64,000 nt of DNA from Candidatus Versatilivorator sp. (GCA_965207735.1 OZ242296.1:5184001-5248000); one strand, 5' to 3'. Shown: positions 1 through 10,363, counted from the first letter of the stretch. The notes: generated from the sequence alone by a model not told the origin. Numbers and translations: made by a program.

Positions 1-1
1 C

Positions 2-394
2 TACGCTTCCGAGGAGGTCACCCTGGAAGCGAAGCAGATCCTGGTGGCTCTGATCAAGGGTTCACTCTCCGGTCACATGCCGGCACTGCCTCCGGAAACC
101 CGTCTGCGGGAGGTCTATCGGGCTGAAGCGGGCTTGCTGGTGGTCGATGTCACCGGTGAAGCGAGTGTCCGGCATCCGGGAGGGATTACGGGTGAAGTCT
201 CCTCCGTTTACTCGGTGGTGAATTCGCTGACCTATAATTTGCCGGAAGCGAGTGAGGTTCAGATCCTGATCGATGGAGCCGAGGCCGATACCCTGGCAGG
301 GCACATAGACCTGCGGAGACCGCTGCTTCAGGACCTGAGCATGACGGCACTGCAAAACGAGGACGAGGTGACGGGGATCAGTGGACAGGAGTAA
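2..394 (+). CDS. GerMN-domain protein (5'-truncated by window)
   Basis: Open frame from window start; GerMN-like C-terminal pattern ([24 protein letters not shown]...TLAGHIDL); commonly found upstream of rph. Confidence 0.75.
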   Translation, partial: YASEEVTLEAKQILVALIKGSLSGHMPALPPETRLREVYRAEAGLLVVDVTGEASVRHPGGITGEVSSVYSVVNSLTYNLPEASEVQILIDGAEADTLAGHIDLRRPLLQDLSMTALQNEDEVTGISGQE

Positions 395-407
395 TGAAAG
401 GAATGCT

Positions 408-1124
408 ATGCGTACCGATGGGCGAGCGAGCAGGGAACTTCGACCGGTAACCATCCAGCCCCACTTCATTGCCGGCGCCGAGGGCTCGGTTTTGATAGCG
501 GTCGGGAAGACCCGGGTCATCTGCACGGCCAGCATCGAAGATTCCGTGCCGCCCTTCCTGCGGGGAAAGAACCGGGGGTGGGTCACCAGCGAATACGCCA
601 TGCTTCCCCGGGCCACCGAGACCCGGACCCCTCGGGAATCCAGTCGTGGCAGGGTTTCGGGTCGGACTCACGAGATTCAGCGCTTGATCGGCCGCTCGCT
701 TCGAAGCGTCACGCGCCTGCGGGATCTGGGAGAACGGACCGTCTGGGTGGATTGCGACGTGATCCAGGCGGACGGCGGGACCCGCACGGCTTCCATCACC
801 GGCGCCTTCGTGGCCTTGGCGCTGGCTCTGCGAGGACTGGTGGACCGGGGGATCCTGCCGGGTGTGCCGATCAAGGACTACGTGGCAGCCACCAGCGTGG
901 GTGTCGTGGACAGAACGCCGCTGCTGGACCTGAACTACGAGGAAGACTCACAGGCCCAGGTCGACATGAACGTGGTTCAGACGGGCGCCGGCTCGCTGGT
1001 AGAGGTGCAGGGGACGGCTGAAGGAGATCCCTTTTCACGCCAAACCCTGAGCGCCCTCATGGATCTGGCTGCCGAAGGCATTGCCCGCCTGATCGAGATC
1101 CAGAAGAACCTGATCCGGGTCTAA
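408..1124 (+). CDS. rph: Ribonuclease PH
   Basis: MRTDGR start, [47 protein letters not shown] motifs; AAAGGA RBS. Confidence 0.97.
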   Translation: MRTDGRASRELRPVTIQPHFIAGAEGSVLIAVGKTRVICTASIEDSVPPFLRGKNRGWVTSEYAMLPRATETRTPRESSRGRVSGRTHEIQRLIGRSLRSVTRLRDLGERTVWVDCDVIQADGGTRTASITGAFVALALALRGLVDRGILPGVPIKDYVAATSVGVVDRTPLLDLNYEEDSQAQVDMNVVQTGAGSLVEVQGTAEGDPFSRQTLSALMDLAAEGIARLIEIQKNLIRV

Positions 1125-1125
1125 G

Positions 1126-1368
1126 CCCGCATTTCTCACCAGGCCGCTGGTGCCATGACGAGAAGTAGTTTATCTTCAGTACTTTGATTGGCTCTCTGGT
1201 AAGGGCTTGCGGGTAACAGACGGCGCTGGGCATGCCCTGGCTTGTCTTTTTCCCTTCAGCGCGCACATGCTCCCTCGCGCGTAGTGACCGCTACGCTCTT
1301 CGATCGCGAGCACGCCCTGAAGGGAAAAATCCTGCGCCATGATCATGCCCCCTGGTGAGAAATGCGGG
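1126..1368. mobile_element. 243-bp MITE with IS1380-type ends, intron-free allele
   Basis: Perfect 18-bp TIR CCCGCATTTCTCACCAGG (1126-1143) / CCTGGTGAGAAATGCGGG (1351-1368); second copy at 29340-30451; first 17 bp shared with the IS1380 end at 62010. Confidence 0.9.
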
Positions 1369-1452
1369 CTAGCCGGGCAGCGCACCAATTTCGGACCGCA
1401 TGGCTGGAGCGTCCAGAGCGTGTCCCTCAAGCCCAAACCAACCTTTCGCTCA

Positions 1453-2058
1453 TTGAAGTCTTCCCTGGGCCCCCGCCTACTGGTGGCCACCTTCAACCCG
1501 GGAAAGCTCACGGAAATGAAGGCCTCACTGGTGATGGCGCCGGTGGAGTTGGTGTCTCTCGAGGCGATCCCCGGTGTGGCCCCGGCCCCGGAAGAGGGGA
1601 CCACGTTCGAGGCCAACGCCCGCCAGAAGGCTGTCCACTACAGCCAACTCACTTCGTTCCCCACCATTGCCGACGACTCGGGCCTGCTGGTGGATGCGCT
1701 GGGCGGTCGGCCGGGGGTCTATTCCGCCCGTTACCTCGGCGAGCAGGCCAGCGATGAGGAACGCTGCCGGAAAATCCTGGAGGAATTGGCCCAGCTGGAG
1801 GATGCCCGGCGGACGGCCAGATTCGAGTGCTGGATCGCGCTGGCTCGCGAGGGAGTAGTGTTGGAGGTCTTCCGAGGGACCCTGGAGGGCGTGATCGGAC
1901 GAGATCTGCGAGGGGACAACGGATTTGGCTACGACCCCATCTTCCAGGTTCCCGAGCGGGGCTGCTCGCTGGCCGAATTGAGTCCCGAGGAAAAGCTGCG
2001 CATCAGCCACAGGGGCCGGGCCCTGCGAAAGTTTCAGCAGGCGCTGTTCGGGGTCTGA
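1453..2058 (+). CDS. rdgB: Non-canonical purine NTP pyrophosphatase (RdgB/HAM1)
   Basis: [36 protein letters not shown] motifs; start uncertain (TTG 1453 chosen; the ORF-track start at 1339 lies in the MITE). Confidence 0.93.
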   Translation: MKSSLGPRLLVATFNPGKLTEMKASLVMAPVELVSLEAIPGVAPAPEEGTTFEANARQKAVHYSQLTSFPTIADDSGLLVDALGGRPGVYSARYLGEQASDEERCRKILEELAQLEDARRTARFECWIALAREGVVLEVFRGTLEGVIGRDLRGDNGFGYDPIFQVPERGCSLAELSPEEKLRISHRGRALRKFQQALFGV

Positions 2059-2077
2059 CCTGCACAATCGCCGTGTC

Positions 2078-2106
2078 TTGACAGTGGCGCGCCCATCCGC
2101 TAGCTT
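2078..2106 (+). promoter_or_regulatory. sigma70-type promoter of tRNA-Pro
   Basis: TTGACA-17 bp-TAGCTT, 20 nt upstream of the tRNA. Confidence 0.7.
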
Positions 2107-2126
2107 GAGAGGCTCGGCAAACCGGA

Positions 2127-2203
<77 letters not shown>

Positions 2204-2226
2204 GTTCTTCCGGCGAGCCTGTCAGG

Positions 2227-3870
2227 TCAGTAGAGGGCGATGGTCCGGGAGGGCTTGGGCTGCATGGCCATGATGGTATCGCCTCTCCATTCCACCTCGA
2301 AGGGATCGGGGAATCCGGGCGCCCGCTCTCGGGTGCGGCGCCCGGGCTGATCGAAGGTGACCGTGACCTTGGCCCCCTTGGCCAAGGGACCCAGGTCCAG
2401 GGTGTTTCCGCCAGGGCGGGTGTCGGTGGGACTACCGGCTCGGACGACCTGGACCGTTTCCGGCGGAATCCAATCCGGAAGTCGAACCTTCACCCGCTCC
2501 TCCTGCAGTGCCTCCAGGTGAAGGCGGCCGGACCGAGGCACCTCCGAACGCACCCGGAGCCAGGGTGTGTCGGTGCTGAACAGCAGGTTTACCCACACTC
2601 CCGATTCCTCCTTCACCACGCTGGCCTGGTAAGCTTCGGCCAGTGACTGCAGCGCGCCCCCCATCAGATCGGTGTTGTAGGAGTGGTAGGCATTGGGCAG
2701 CGTAAAGGCGAAGGCACCCCTGGCCCGGTCCCGAATTCGTGCGTAGGCGTAGTCTTTGGTGTCGGCCAGGGCGGATTGCGGGATCCAGTCGGTGGTCACC
2801 ACCTGGGCAGCCAGCAAGCCGTTGCGAATCATCCGCTCGGCCTCCTGGAAATATTCCGGGCACCCGCTCCGGCCGAGGAGCAGGGCGGCTTCCACGAAAT
2901 CGCCCGTATTATTGGCCTCCCCGCGGCCCGACTGATCGGTGCGGCTCTCCTTGGCCCAACCCCAGGAAGTCCGCCAACGCCGCAGCCCGACGTCGTAAAG
3001 CAGGCGTCCCATCTTCAGGTACCGCTGCTCGCCGGTGAGCAGTCCCAGATCGATCAGGGAGGTCATGGTTCCCTCCGAAGAGTGCATGTGCTCGCCGGCG
3101 TCCGGCGTCAGCTCACCTTCCGAGGTAAAGCAGGCCTCGATGTTGGCCTTGGCGAAACGGACGGCCAGGTCAACCGCCAGGGGATCGCGGGTGGCTCGAA
3201 AATACTTCACCAGGGCCCCGATCAACCGTCCCGAGGTCTGATTGAGTTTACGGGTCGGCGAGGGGATCCAACCCTCCTGCGAGTACTTGTCCGAAGGAAA
3301 GGAGCCGGTGGCGCGCGTCACGCCCTCCAGCCTTCGCACGAAATTCCGGGCCAGCCGGATGGAGGGTTCGGAACCCTGCCACTTCCGGAGTCCCAGCAAG
3401 CCCAGCAAGACTTCTCTGGAGTGGTGCAGCGCGGCCGTTCGCTTGCCATCCGGGCCGGGGAGGGTGTCAAAGGCCAACCCGGAGGGATTGGCGATCGACT
3501 CGTGCAGCAGCCGCTGCAATCCCTCCACGGCCTCGCGGTCGGCCGGTAGATTCAGGATCGGAGAGCAGACAGCCAGCGCATCCAGGAAGCGTCCCACCAT
3601 GTGGGGCGATCCCCAGTACTCGTGTCGGGCCCAGGTGGGGTCCTCGGTGAGGTTGAAGCGGACGTAGGGAAGACATCCGCGACTTCGGTTGATGGCGCTC
3701 CCGTAGATGTGCCGCACCCCCAGCAGCATGTAGGAGCGCAGGTCGGCGTCCTGCAGGCGCCAGGGGTTGAGCCTGGCTCGACTCTCACCGCCGCTTACCG
3801 GCGGTGTCCCGGCCAGCCGGGCGGCCATCAGGGTCAAGCCGGTCTGGGTGAGCCATTCTCGACGTTCCAT
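2227..3870 (-). CDS. Tat-exported glycoside hydrolase-like protein (GH127/beta-L-arabinofuranosidase-like alpha/alpha fold)
   Basis: MERREWL twin-arginine signal; YFQEAERMIRNGLLAAQ and VWVNLLFS...LRLPDWI-like segments resemble GH127 family. Confidence 0.5.
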   Translation of the reverse strand: MERREWLTQTGLTLMAARLAGTPPVSGGESRARLNPWRLQDADLRSYMLLGVRHIYGSAINRSRGCLPYVRFNLTEDPTWARHEYWGSPHMVGRFLDALAVCSPILNLPADREAVEGLQRLLHESIANPSGLAFDTLPGPDGKRTAALHHSREVLLGLLGLRKWQGSEPSIRLARNFVRRLEGVTRATGSFPSDKYSQEGWIPSPTRKLNQTSGRLIGALVKYFRATRDPLAVDLAVRFAKANIEACFTSEGELTPDAGEHMHSSEGTMTSLIDLGLLTGEQRYLKMGRLLYDVGLRRWRTSWGWAKESRTDQSGRGEANNTGDFVEAALLLGRSGCPEYFQEAERMIRNGLLAAQVVTTDWIPQSALADTKDYAYARIRDRARGAFAFTLPNAYHSYNTDLMGGALQSLAEAYQASVVKEESGVWVNLLFSTDTPWLRVRSEVPRSGRLHLEALQEERVKVRLPDWIPPETVQVVRAGSPTDTRPGGNTLDLGPLAKGAKVTVTFDQPGRRTRERAPGFPDPFEVEWRGDTIMAMQPKPSRTIALY

Positions 3871-4277
3871 CGAATCATTCCCGGTTGCCTGCCCGAGCGA
3901 TCTCTCGCCCCGGCACAGGGGCAGCCCCGGGGGAGTCCCGCGGACTTCAGGTCCTGGCTGGAAAGTCTCGTTGTGAGGAGAGAGCCGGGTGGCCTGCCGG
4001 CTAATTATTGTGGCAAATGCCGAGTTTTTCAAGCGGGGCATCCAGCCGCTTGTCGGTGCGCTTCTCCGGGAGGTCGCCGGTGTTGTCGGACCAGCCCCAT
4101 GTTGATAGAATGCCGGACGAGTTTCCGGCGACGGAGGATGGCTACTCCAGTCCGCTCAGAGCGGCCGGTCGGCGAGGAGTAGAACCGGAGGGATCAGCCG
4201 CCTCAGCATGCTCCGAAAATCGGGGGCTTACTTTAACGGTGGTACCTTTTCCCAGGGTCGAATCGGGAGGGTCGGGT

Positions 4278-5354
4278 ATGAACAGAAGAGAATTTCTGGT
4301 CGGCGCGGCTGGCAGTTTGTCCGCTTCTGTGCTTCTGCAGGGCGGGACAGCGGTGGCGGCTCGCCGACTTGCCGATCGAGGCGATCATCGCTTCAAGCTG
4401 GGAATCTGGCTAAGCGAACTGAAGTTGCCCTTTGCACAAGAGCTGGACGCTGCCAGGGAACTGGGTGCGGAATACGTGTGGTTTGAAGGCGCCAGGCCGG
4501 GTGGAGTGCCGGACATACCCGGGGGCGAGCCCTGCATCGCCACCATGAGTGACGCCGAGGCCGATGCCATGGGCGAAAGTGTTGCCCGCCGCGGTCTCAA
4601 GCTCTACCAGATTTGCTCCTACCGGCCCTTCCACAACACCCGACTGGTGGGCCTGACCCCGGACAAACTGCTCGAAGATGCTGATTTTCGCAGTGAGTTC
4701 GATGGGCTGGTCCGATCCATGCAGATTGCCGCCCGGCTGGAGGTGGGGGCCGTGCATTGCTACGGTTTCTGCTGGCCGGGGGAATGGTCTGCAGGTCAGG
4801 GGAGCTGGACGAAGGCGCCGACCTGGCCCATGAAGTGGCTGACCCGCGGCGGGGTCATCGCCGAGGTCGACCTGCGCAAGCTGGTAGCCGCCTTCACCCT
4901 GATTCTGGAGCAGGCCGACAAGTATGGCGTGGATGTCGTGTTGGGGATGCGGCCTTTCCACTATGTGAGTTCGACCGGCAACTTCCGGCGTCTTGCGGAG
5001 AGCCTCGGTTCCGACCGGTTGAAGGTCCAGTGGTCTCCGGCGGACAATGTGCTGATCGGTGAGTGGGATGCCGCCACGGCCGGTTTTAACAATCTGCGGC
5101 CCTATCTGCACGGGCTGCATTTGAAGGACGTTCACGTTTTTGACGGGGTCGGGGGAGAATTCGAGTGGCGACCTCTTGGGGAGGGATCGGTGGGCTATGC
5201 GGCTGTGCTCAGGAATCTGCGCCACCACCGGAGTCAGGCTGTCTTGATGGTCGCCAGCCATTTCCGTCCTCCCGGAGGGACCAACCTGGATGCGATGAGG
5301 ATCAATTTCGGCAAGATTCAATCTCTCATCCGTCAGATCGAAGAGAGGAGTTGA
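4278..5354 (+). CDS. Tat-exported sugar-phosphate isomerase/epimerase (xylose isomerase-like TIM barrel)
   Basis: MNRREFL signal, GGGAGG RBS; LHLKDV and PLGEGSVGY motifs. Confidence 0.7.
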   Translation: MNRREFLVGAAGSLSASVLLQGGTAVAARRLADRGDHRFKLGIWLSELKLPFAQELDAARELGAEYVWFEGARPGGVPDIPGGEPCIATMSDAEADAMGESVARRGLKLYQICSYRPFHNTRLVGLTPDKLLEDADFRSEFDGLVRSMQIAARLEVGAVHCYGFCWPGEWSAGQGSWTKAPTWPMKWLTRGGVIAEVDLRKLVAAFTLILEQADKYGVDVVLGMRPFHYVSSTGNFRRLAESLGSDRLKVQWSPADNVLIGEWDAATAGFNNLRPYLHGLHLKDVHVFDGVGGEFEWRPLGEGSVGYAAVLRNLRHHRSQAVLMVASHFRPPGGTNLDAMRINFGKIQSLIRQIEERS

Positions 5355-5360
5355 CCGTTC

Positions 5361-5714
5361 ATGTCCGACTGGAATTCCCAAAGTTGCCAATCCGTCGGTG
5401 AGGTGTCGGCGATGCCGTCCGCGGCAGTCGACTCGGCTCTGGCTCAACTGCCGGGTTGGAAAATCAGCTCGGATGGCAAACGCATCGTGCGCTGCTGGAA
5501 GGTGAAGCATTTCGTGGCCGGCATCGAGTTCTTCGGACGTGTGGCCGAACTGGCCGAAGCCGAGGACCACCATCCGGATTTGCATCTTGAGGGCTACCGG
5601 CAAGTGAGGATCGAGTCCTGGACCCATTCGGTGGACGGCATTTCGGTCAAGGACCTGATTCTGGCCGCCAAGATCCACGACCTTCCGGTGGAGTTGTTCG
5701 AAGCCGAGCCTTGA
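5361..5714 (+). CDS. phhB: Pterin-4-alpha-carbinolamine dehydratase
   Basis: AEAEDHHPDL and WTHSVDGIS.KDLILAAKI motifs. Confidence 0.9.
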   Translation: MSDWNSQSCQSVGEVSAMPSAAVDSALAQLPGWKISSDGKRIVRCWKVKHFVAGIEFFGRVAELAEAEDHHPDLHLEGYRQVRIESWTHSVDGISVKDLILAAKIHDLPVELFEAEP

Positions 5715-5798
5715 GCCGCATGGGTCTCCCGGGGCTTCACCCCAAGAGGCGGGAGCAATGGTGGTTTGCCGCCCCCCGGGTCCGGTCTGTTTTCTGCC

Positions 5799-6575
5799 AT
5801 GAAAGTCGCTACCTGGAACATCAACGGGCTGCGTGCCCGATTCGAGTTTGTCCTGCACTGGCTGGAGGCGCGCCAGCCCGACCTGGTGGGCCTGCAGGAG
5901 CTGAAGATGGCCGAGGAGCATTTCCCCTTCGAGGCATTGAAGGCTCGGGGGTACCATGCCCTGGTCCATGGTCAGAAGGCCTGGAACGGGGTAGCCATCT
6001 TGAGCCGCCACCCTCCCCGGCTCCTGGCGAGGGGGTTGCCGGGCGAGGAGGCAATGGGTGCGCGCCTGATCTCGGCCGAAGTGGGTGGGCTGAGTTTCAC
6101 CACCCTCTATTGTCCCAACGGCAAGAGCGTGGGTCATGCCGATTTCCCTCGCAAGCTCAAATGGCTGGATTCTCTGGCCCAACATCTGGAGGAGCAAGGG
6201 GATCGGTCGGAGCCCGCCGTTCTGTGCGGGGATTTCAATATCTGTCCCACTGACCTGGATACCTGGAACGAAGAGGATTTCAGCGGAGAAATTTTTCATA
6301 CCTGGGAAGAAAGGTCCCGGTTTCAGCGGCTGCTGGAGTGGGGCTGGCTGGACACCTACCGTGAGTTGTTCCCCCGGGAGCAAGCCTTCTCCTGGTGGGA
6401 TTATCGGGCCGGGGCTTTCTACAAGAATCATGGACTGCGAATCGACTTCCTGCTGGTAACTCCCGTATTGAGGGAGGGGCTCCGCTCGGCAGGAATAGAC
6501 CGGGAATATCGCAAGAAAAAGGAGGGGCTGACCGCCTCGGACCATGCTCCGGTCCTGGTTGAGCTCGGCGCCTGA
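5799..6575 (+). CDS. xth: Exodeoxyribonuclease III
   Basis: ATWNINGLRAR, LQELK, CGDFN, WWDYR, GLRIDF, SDHAPV motifs. Confidence 0.95.
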   Translation: MKVATWNINGLRARFEFVLHWLEARQPDLVGLQELKMAEEHFPFEALKARGYHALVHGQKAWNGVAILSRHPPRLLARGLPGEEAMGARLISAEVGGLSFTTLYCPNGKSVGHADFPRKLKWLDSLAQHLEEQGDRSEPAVLCGDFNICPTDLDTWNEEDFSGEIFHTWEERSRFQRLLEWGWLDTYRELFPREQAFSWWDYRAGAFYKNHGLRIDFLLVTPVLREGLRSAGIDREYRKKKEGLTASDHAPVLVELGA

Positions 6576-6594
6576 GAAAGAAACGATCACGCCT

Positions 6595-8457
6595 ATGGAC
6601 AACCACCAACTTCACAACCGCTTGAAGGAAATAGCCACCCGCCTGCGAATCCATTCCCTGCGGGCCACGGCGGAAGCCGGCTCGGGGCACCCCACTTCCT
6701 GTCTGTCGGCTGCCGACCTGGCAGCGGTCCTCTTCTTTCACGTCATGCGGATCGACTTCGAGAATCCGCTCAGCCTGGACAGCGACCGTTTCATTCTCTC
6801 CAAGGGGCACGCGGCGCCTCTTCTTTACGCCGCCTGGGCGGAATCGGGCTTGATCGATGCCGAGCGGATGTTGACTCTGCGCCGCTTCGGGAGTGACTTG
6901 GAAGGCCACCCCACACCCCGGTCGAAGTGGGTCGACGTGGCCACCGGCTCCCTGGGGCAGGGTCTTTCGGCCGGGGTAGGGATGGCCTTGAGCGCCAAGT
7001 ACCTGGATCGAACCGGGAGCCGGACCTTCGTGCTGATGGGAGATGGCGAAAGCGCCGAAGGGTCGGTCTGGGAAGCCGCGGCCATGGCCAGCCACTACCG
7101 GCTGGAAAACCTGGTGACGGTCGTCGATATCAACCGGCTGGGGCAAAGCCAGGAGACCATGCACGGTTGGGACGTGGAGGCCCATGCACGGAAGTTCGCC
7201 GGGTTCGGATGGCATGCCATCTCCATCGACGGACACGACTACGGCCAGATCATTGCGGCCTTGGAGGAAGCGGAAGGCGTGGAAGACCGGCCCACCGCCC
7301 TGCTGGCCCGGACCGAAAAGGGGCACGGAGTATCGCTGCTGGCAAACCGGGATGGATGGCACGGCAAGGCCCTGAAGAAGGGAGATCAGCTCGATGGGGT
7401 CCTGCAGGAGCTTCCGGTCGATTCAGAGTCCAAGTCTTTTCGCGAGTCGGTGGAGGTCAGGGTCTCCAGGCTTCCCCAAGCCCGCATGAGGGAACCCGAA
7501 TACGAGAAGGATGATCTTGTAGCCACTCGGGAAGCTTACGGGAGCGCGCTGGTCAAGCTTGGAGAATGCGACGGCAGCGTGGTGGCTCTGGACGGCGATA
7601 CCAAGAACTCGACCTTCTCGGAGAAGTTCATGAAGGCCTTCCCCGATCGCTTTTTCGAGTGTTTTATTGCCGAGCAGAACATGGTCGGCGCAGCCATCGG
7701 CCTTTCCAAGAAGAACAAGATCCCCTTTGCTTCCACTTTTTCCGCGTTTTTCGGACGCGGTATGGATCACTTGCGAATGGGGGTTATTTCCCAGGCCAAC
7801 ATCAAGTGCGTGGGGTCTCACTGCGGTGTCTCCATCGGTGAGGACGGGCCGTCTCAGATGGGTCTGGAGGACTTGGCCATGTTTCGCTCGCTGCCGGGTT
7901 CGGTGGTCTTCTATCCATGCGACGCGGTTTCGGCCGAGCGGGTGGTGGCCCTGGCCGCCGAGCACCGCGGCCTGGTCTATATCCGCACCAGCCGGCCCAA
8001 GACGGCTGTCATCTACGACAACCGGGAAGTCTTTCGCCTGGGCGGAAGCAAGCTGTTGCGTTCCTCTGAAGGGGATCGGTTGCTGCTGGTGGCTGCCGGG
8101 GTGACATTGCACGAAGCGCTGAAAGCCCACGAGCTGCTCCTGTCCGAGGGGATTCCGGTTGGGGTGATGGATGCCTATTGTGTCAAGCCGCTGGACGAGG
8201 CAGGCCTGGTCGAGGCGGCCGCCACCCGGGAAAGCACCGTCGTTGTGGTGGAAGAGCACTACAGCGAAGGCGGGTTGGGGGATGCCGTGCTGAACGCGGT
8301 GGCCAACCACAACATCGGCGTGCACAAGATGGCTGTTCGGGAGGTCCCCCGTTCCGGCAAGCCGGATGAGTTGCTGGAATACTACGGTCTCAGCGCCAAT
8401 CGTATTGCGGCCAAGGTGAGAGAACTTCTGCAGGCGGGCTTGCGTGGAACCAAGTGA
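6595..8457 (+). CDS. tkt: Transketolase (short, animal-TKT-like type)
   Basis: GSGHPTSC, SKGHAAP, GHPTP, GDGESAEGSVWEA (TPP motif), IAEQNMVG, GEDGPSQM. Confidence 0.95.
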   Translation: MDNHQLHNRLKEIATRLRIHSLRATAEAGSGHPTSCLSAADLAAVLFFHVMRIDFENPLSLDSDRFILSKGHAAPLLYAAWAESGLIDAERMLTLRRFGSDLEGHPTPRSKWVDVATGSLGQGLSAGVGMALSAKYLDRTGSRTFVLMGDGESAEGSVWEAAAMASHYRLENLVTVVDINRLGQSQETMHGWDVEAHARKFAGFGWHAISIDGHDYGQIIAALEEAEGVEDRPTALLARTEKGHGVSLLANRDGWHGKALKKGDQLDGVLQELPVDSESKSFRESVEVRVSRLPQARMREPEYEKDDLVATREAYGSALVKLGECDGSVVALDGDTKNSTFSEKFMKAFPDRFFECFIAEQNMVGAAIGLSKKNKIPFASTFSAFFGRGMDHLRMGVISQANIKCVGSHCGVSIGEDGPSQMGLEDLAMFRSLPGSVVFYPCDAVSAERVVALAAEHRGLVYIRTSRPKTAVIYDNREVFRLGGSKLLRSSEGDRLLLVAAGVTLHEALKAHELLLSEGIPVGVMDAYCVKPLDEAGLVEAAATRESTVVVVEEHYSEGGLGDAVLNAVANHNIGVHKMAVREVPRSGKPDELLEYYGLSANRIAAKVRELLQAGLRGTK

Positions 8458-8506
8458 GAGGTTATCCACGAAGGCCCGAAAAGAAATCCACGAAGGGACA
8501 CCAAGG
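8436..8506 (-). repeat. Degenerate right half of repeat family B
   Basis: GGGCTTGCGTGGAACC...TTATCCACGAAGG...ACGAAGGGACACCAAGG aligns by eye with 28906-28984. Confidence 0.55.
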
Positions 8507-8797
8507 ATCACGAAGAATATCGAGGATCAATTAAATTTGGTCTAATACAAATTATTTTGTTCTTTTATTGACGCCCGGTTCTTCTTCTTGTATTCTTCAA
8601 ATTCCAAGCGAGCCTGCCAAGTGTGAGGCACTTGACAGGCCCTTAGCATGACCCATCCTATGCCGGAGGACGAGCCCGCCTGATCAGCATTATACTGCAT
8701 CAACAGTTGGTTCCAGCCCGGCATAGGACTCCTTCCCTATTTCGCTGTTCCTCATGTAGGGATTCATGTTCGTGGTCGTTAGGGAATACGGGAGCAG

Positions 8798-10363
8798 ATG
8801 AACTGGAAAGCACTTCTTGTCGGCCTCCTCTTGTTGCTTGTATGTAAGGCTGCCAGCTTGGCGCAACACGACGGTCCGGCACTTCCAGACGAAAATCTGA
8901 GTCAGGATCAGCTGATCCAGCGCTTGTCCCATGGCGGTCTCACTATCAGGGATTTGCGAAGGAAGGGGCTGGAGATCTTTACCACTCCGTTCAACACCCA
9001 TGACGGTTTTGGGGATGGCTCTTTCAACAGCGAGTTCCCGACGTCCCCGCTCAGCAACCGGCCCACGTTGCAAGGCAACGGCCTCTCACTACGTGTAAAC
9101 GGGCTGGATGCGCAGTCTTGCAACGAGTGTCACTCGATCGTCAAGCAATCCACACGCCCCCCGACTCTTGGCATCGGCGGTGTGGGGGGGCTCGTTCAGA
9201 ATGCGATCATCATGCCCAGCCTCATCGATGTCGCGGATTCCTTCGATGATCGGGTGAACTACTCGTCCGGCCATGCCCCGGACCTTCCCCTGGCGTTCGA
9301 CGGCAAAGTGGACTTCAATGGACGATTTGCCAATCCACCCTTTCTGTTTGGTGGAGGCGGGTTGGAATTACTGGCCAAGGAAATGACCGCCGACCTCCAA
9401 TATCTTCTTTCCATCGCCAGGAACTTACCGGAAGGAAGCCTCACCCACCTGAATACTCATGGGGTCAACTTCGGGTTCCTCGAAACACTGGCGGATGGAG
9501 AGATAGGACTGCACGTCAAGGGAATCGGTTTCAAGGATAACTCCGGCCGATCGCCCGAAGAGGTTCTAGTGGTCAGACCCTTCGGCCGAAAGGGCGAGAG
9601 TTTTTCCATGCGCGATTTCTCTCGCGTCGCAATGCAGTTTCACTTCGGTCTGCAACCCGTCGAGGTGGTGGGCGAGTTCTTTGACGCTGATAGCGATGGC
9701 GTGGTGAACGAAGTGACGGTTTCCGAAATGAGTGCCCTTCACATCTTCAACGTGACCAATCCCGTTTCCTTCATGGAGAAGCCTGACCTCTCGGCCCAGC
9801 GCGGTTTTTCGACCTTCCAGGCAATCGGATGCGCCGTATGTCACATTCCCATGATGAAAACCCGCTCCCGAAATCTACCGTTGAGCTTTCCCGAAGTGCC
9901 TTGGGACCCCGGGCAAAATGTCTATCTGGAAATTGACTTGGCCGAGGCTGGCTTTGAGCCGGTCCCCGGAGAAGATGGAGTATTGGTACCGCTGTTCGCC
10001 GATCTGAAACGGCACGATATGGGCGACGGTTTGAAGGAAGACTTCCAGTTGGCCAAGTTCTCCAATCGAGAGTTCACGACCGCTCGTTTGTGGGGCGTAG
10101 CCGACACGGCTCCCTATCTGCACGACGGGCGCGCCACCACCCTGTTTCAAGCAATCGAAGCCCATGGAGGCGAGGCCCTAACCTCCAGAGATGCATTCTT
10201 GGAACTGTCCGCTGAAGAAAGACAACAACTGATTTCATTCCTGGGACGACTCCGAACCCCCAACCGTCCCAACCAGGAACTGCTTCCTCTGGTGTCTCCA
10301 CCCATCTTTGAGAATCAAGAATCTCCCGTATGTTTGTTTCTGGAGTGTTTGAGGGTACGCTAA
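8798..10363 (+). CDS. Secreted di-heme oxidoreductase family (DHOR-like) protein
   Basis: Signal peptide; two CxxCH motifs (CNECH, CAVCH); PFGRKG, DLKRHDMG, TARLWG, PYLHDGRA...AIEAHGGE. Confidence 0.85.
   Translation: MNWKALLVGLLLLLVCKAASLAQHDGPALPDENLSQDQLIQRLSHGGLTIRDLRRKGLEIFTTPFNTHDGFGDGSFNSEFPTSPLSNRPTLQGNGLSLRVNGLDAQSCNECHSIVKQSTRPPTLGIGGVGGLVQNAIIMPSLIDVADSFDDRVNYSSGHAPDLPLAFDGKVDFNGRFANPPFLFGGGGLELLAKEMTADLQYLLSIARNLPEGSLTHLNTHGVNFGFLETLADGEIGLHVKGIGFKDNSGRSPEEVLVVRPFGRKGESFSMRDFSRVAMQFHFGLQPVEVVGEFFDADSDGVVNEVTVSEMSALHIFNVTNPVSFMEKPDLSAQRGFSTFQAIGCAVCHIPMMKTRSRNLPLSFPEVPWDPGQNVYLEIDLAEAGFEPVPGEDGVLVPLFADLKRHDMGDGLKEDFQLAKFSNREFTTARLWGVADTAPYLHDGRATTLFQAIEAHGGEALTSRDAFLELSAEERQQLISFLGRLRTPNRPNQELLPLVSPPIFENQESPVCLFLECLRVR

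Noticed and set aside
1122-1372. IS630/TA-duplication origin for the MITE
   Set aside because: Its ends match the end of the IS1380 element at 62010; the IS630 scrap at 11789 shows no shared sequence
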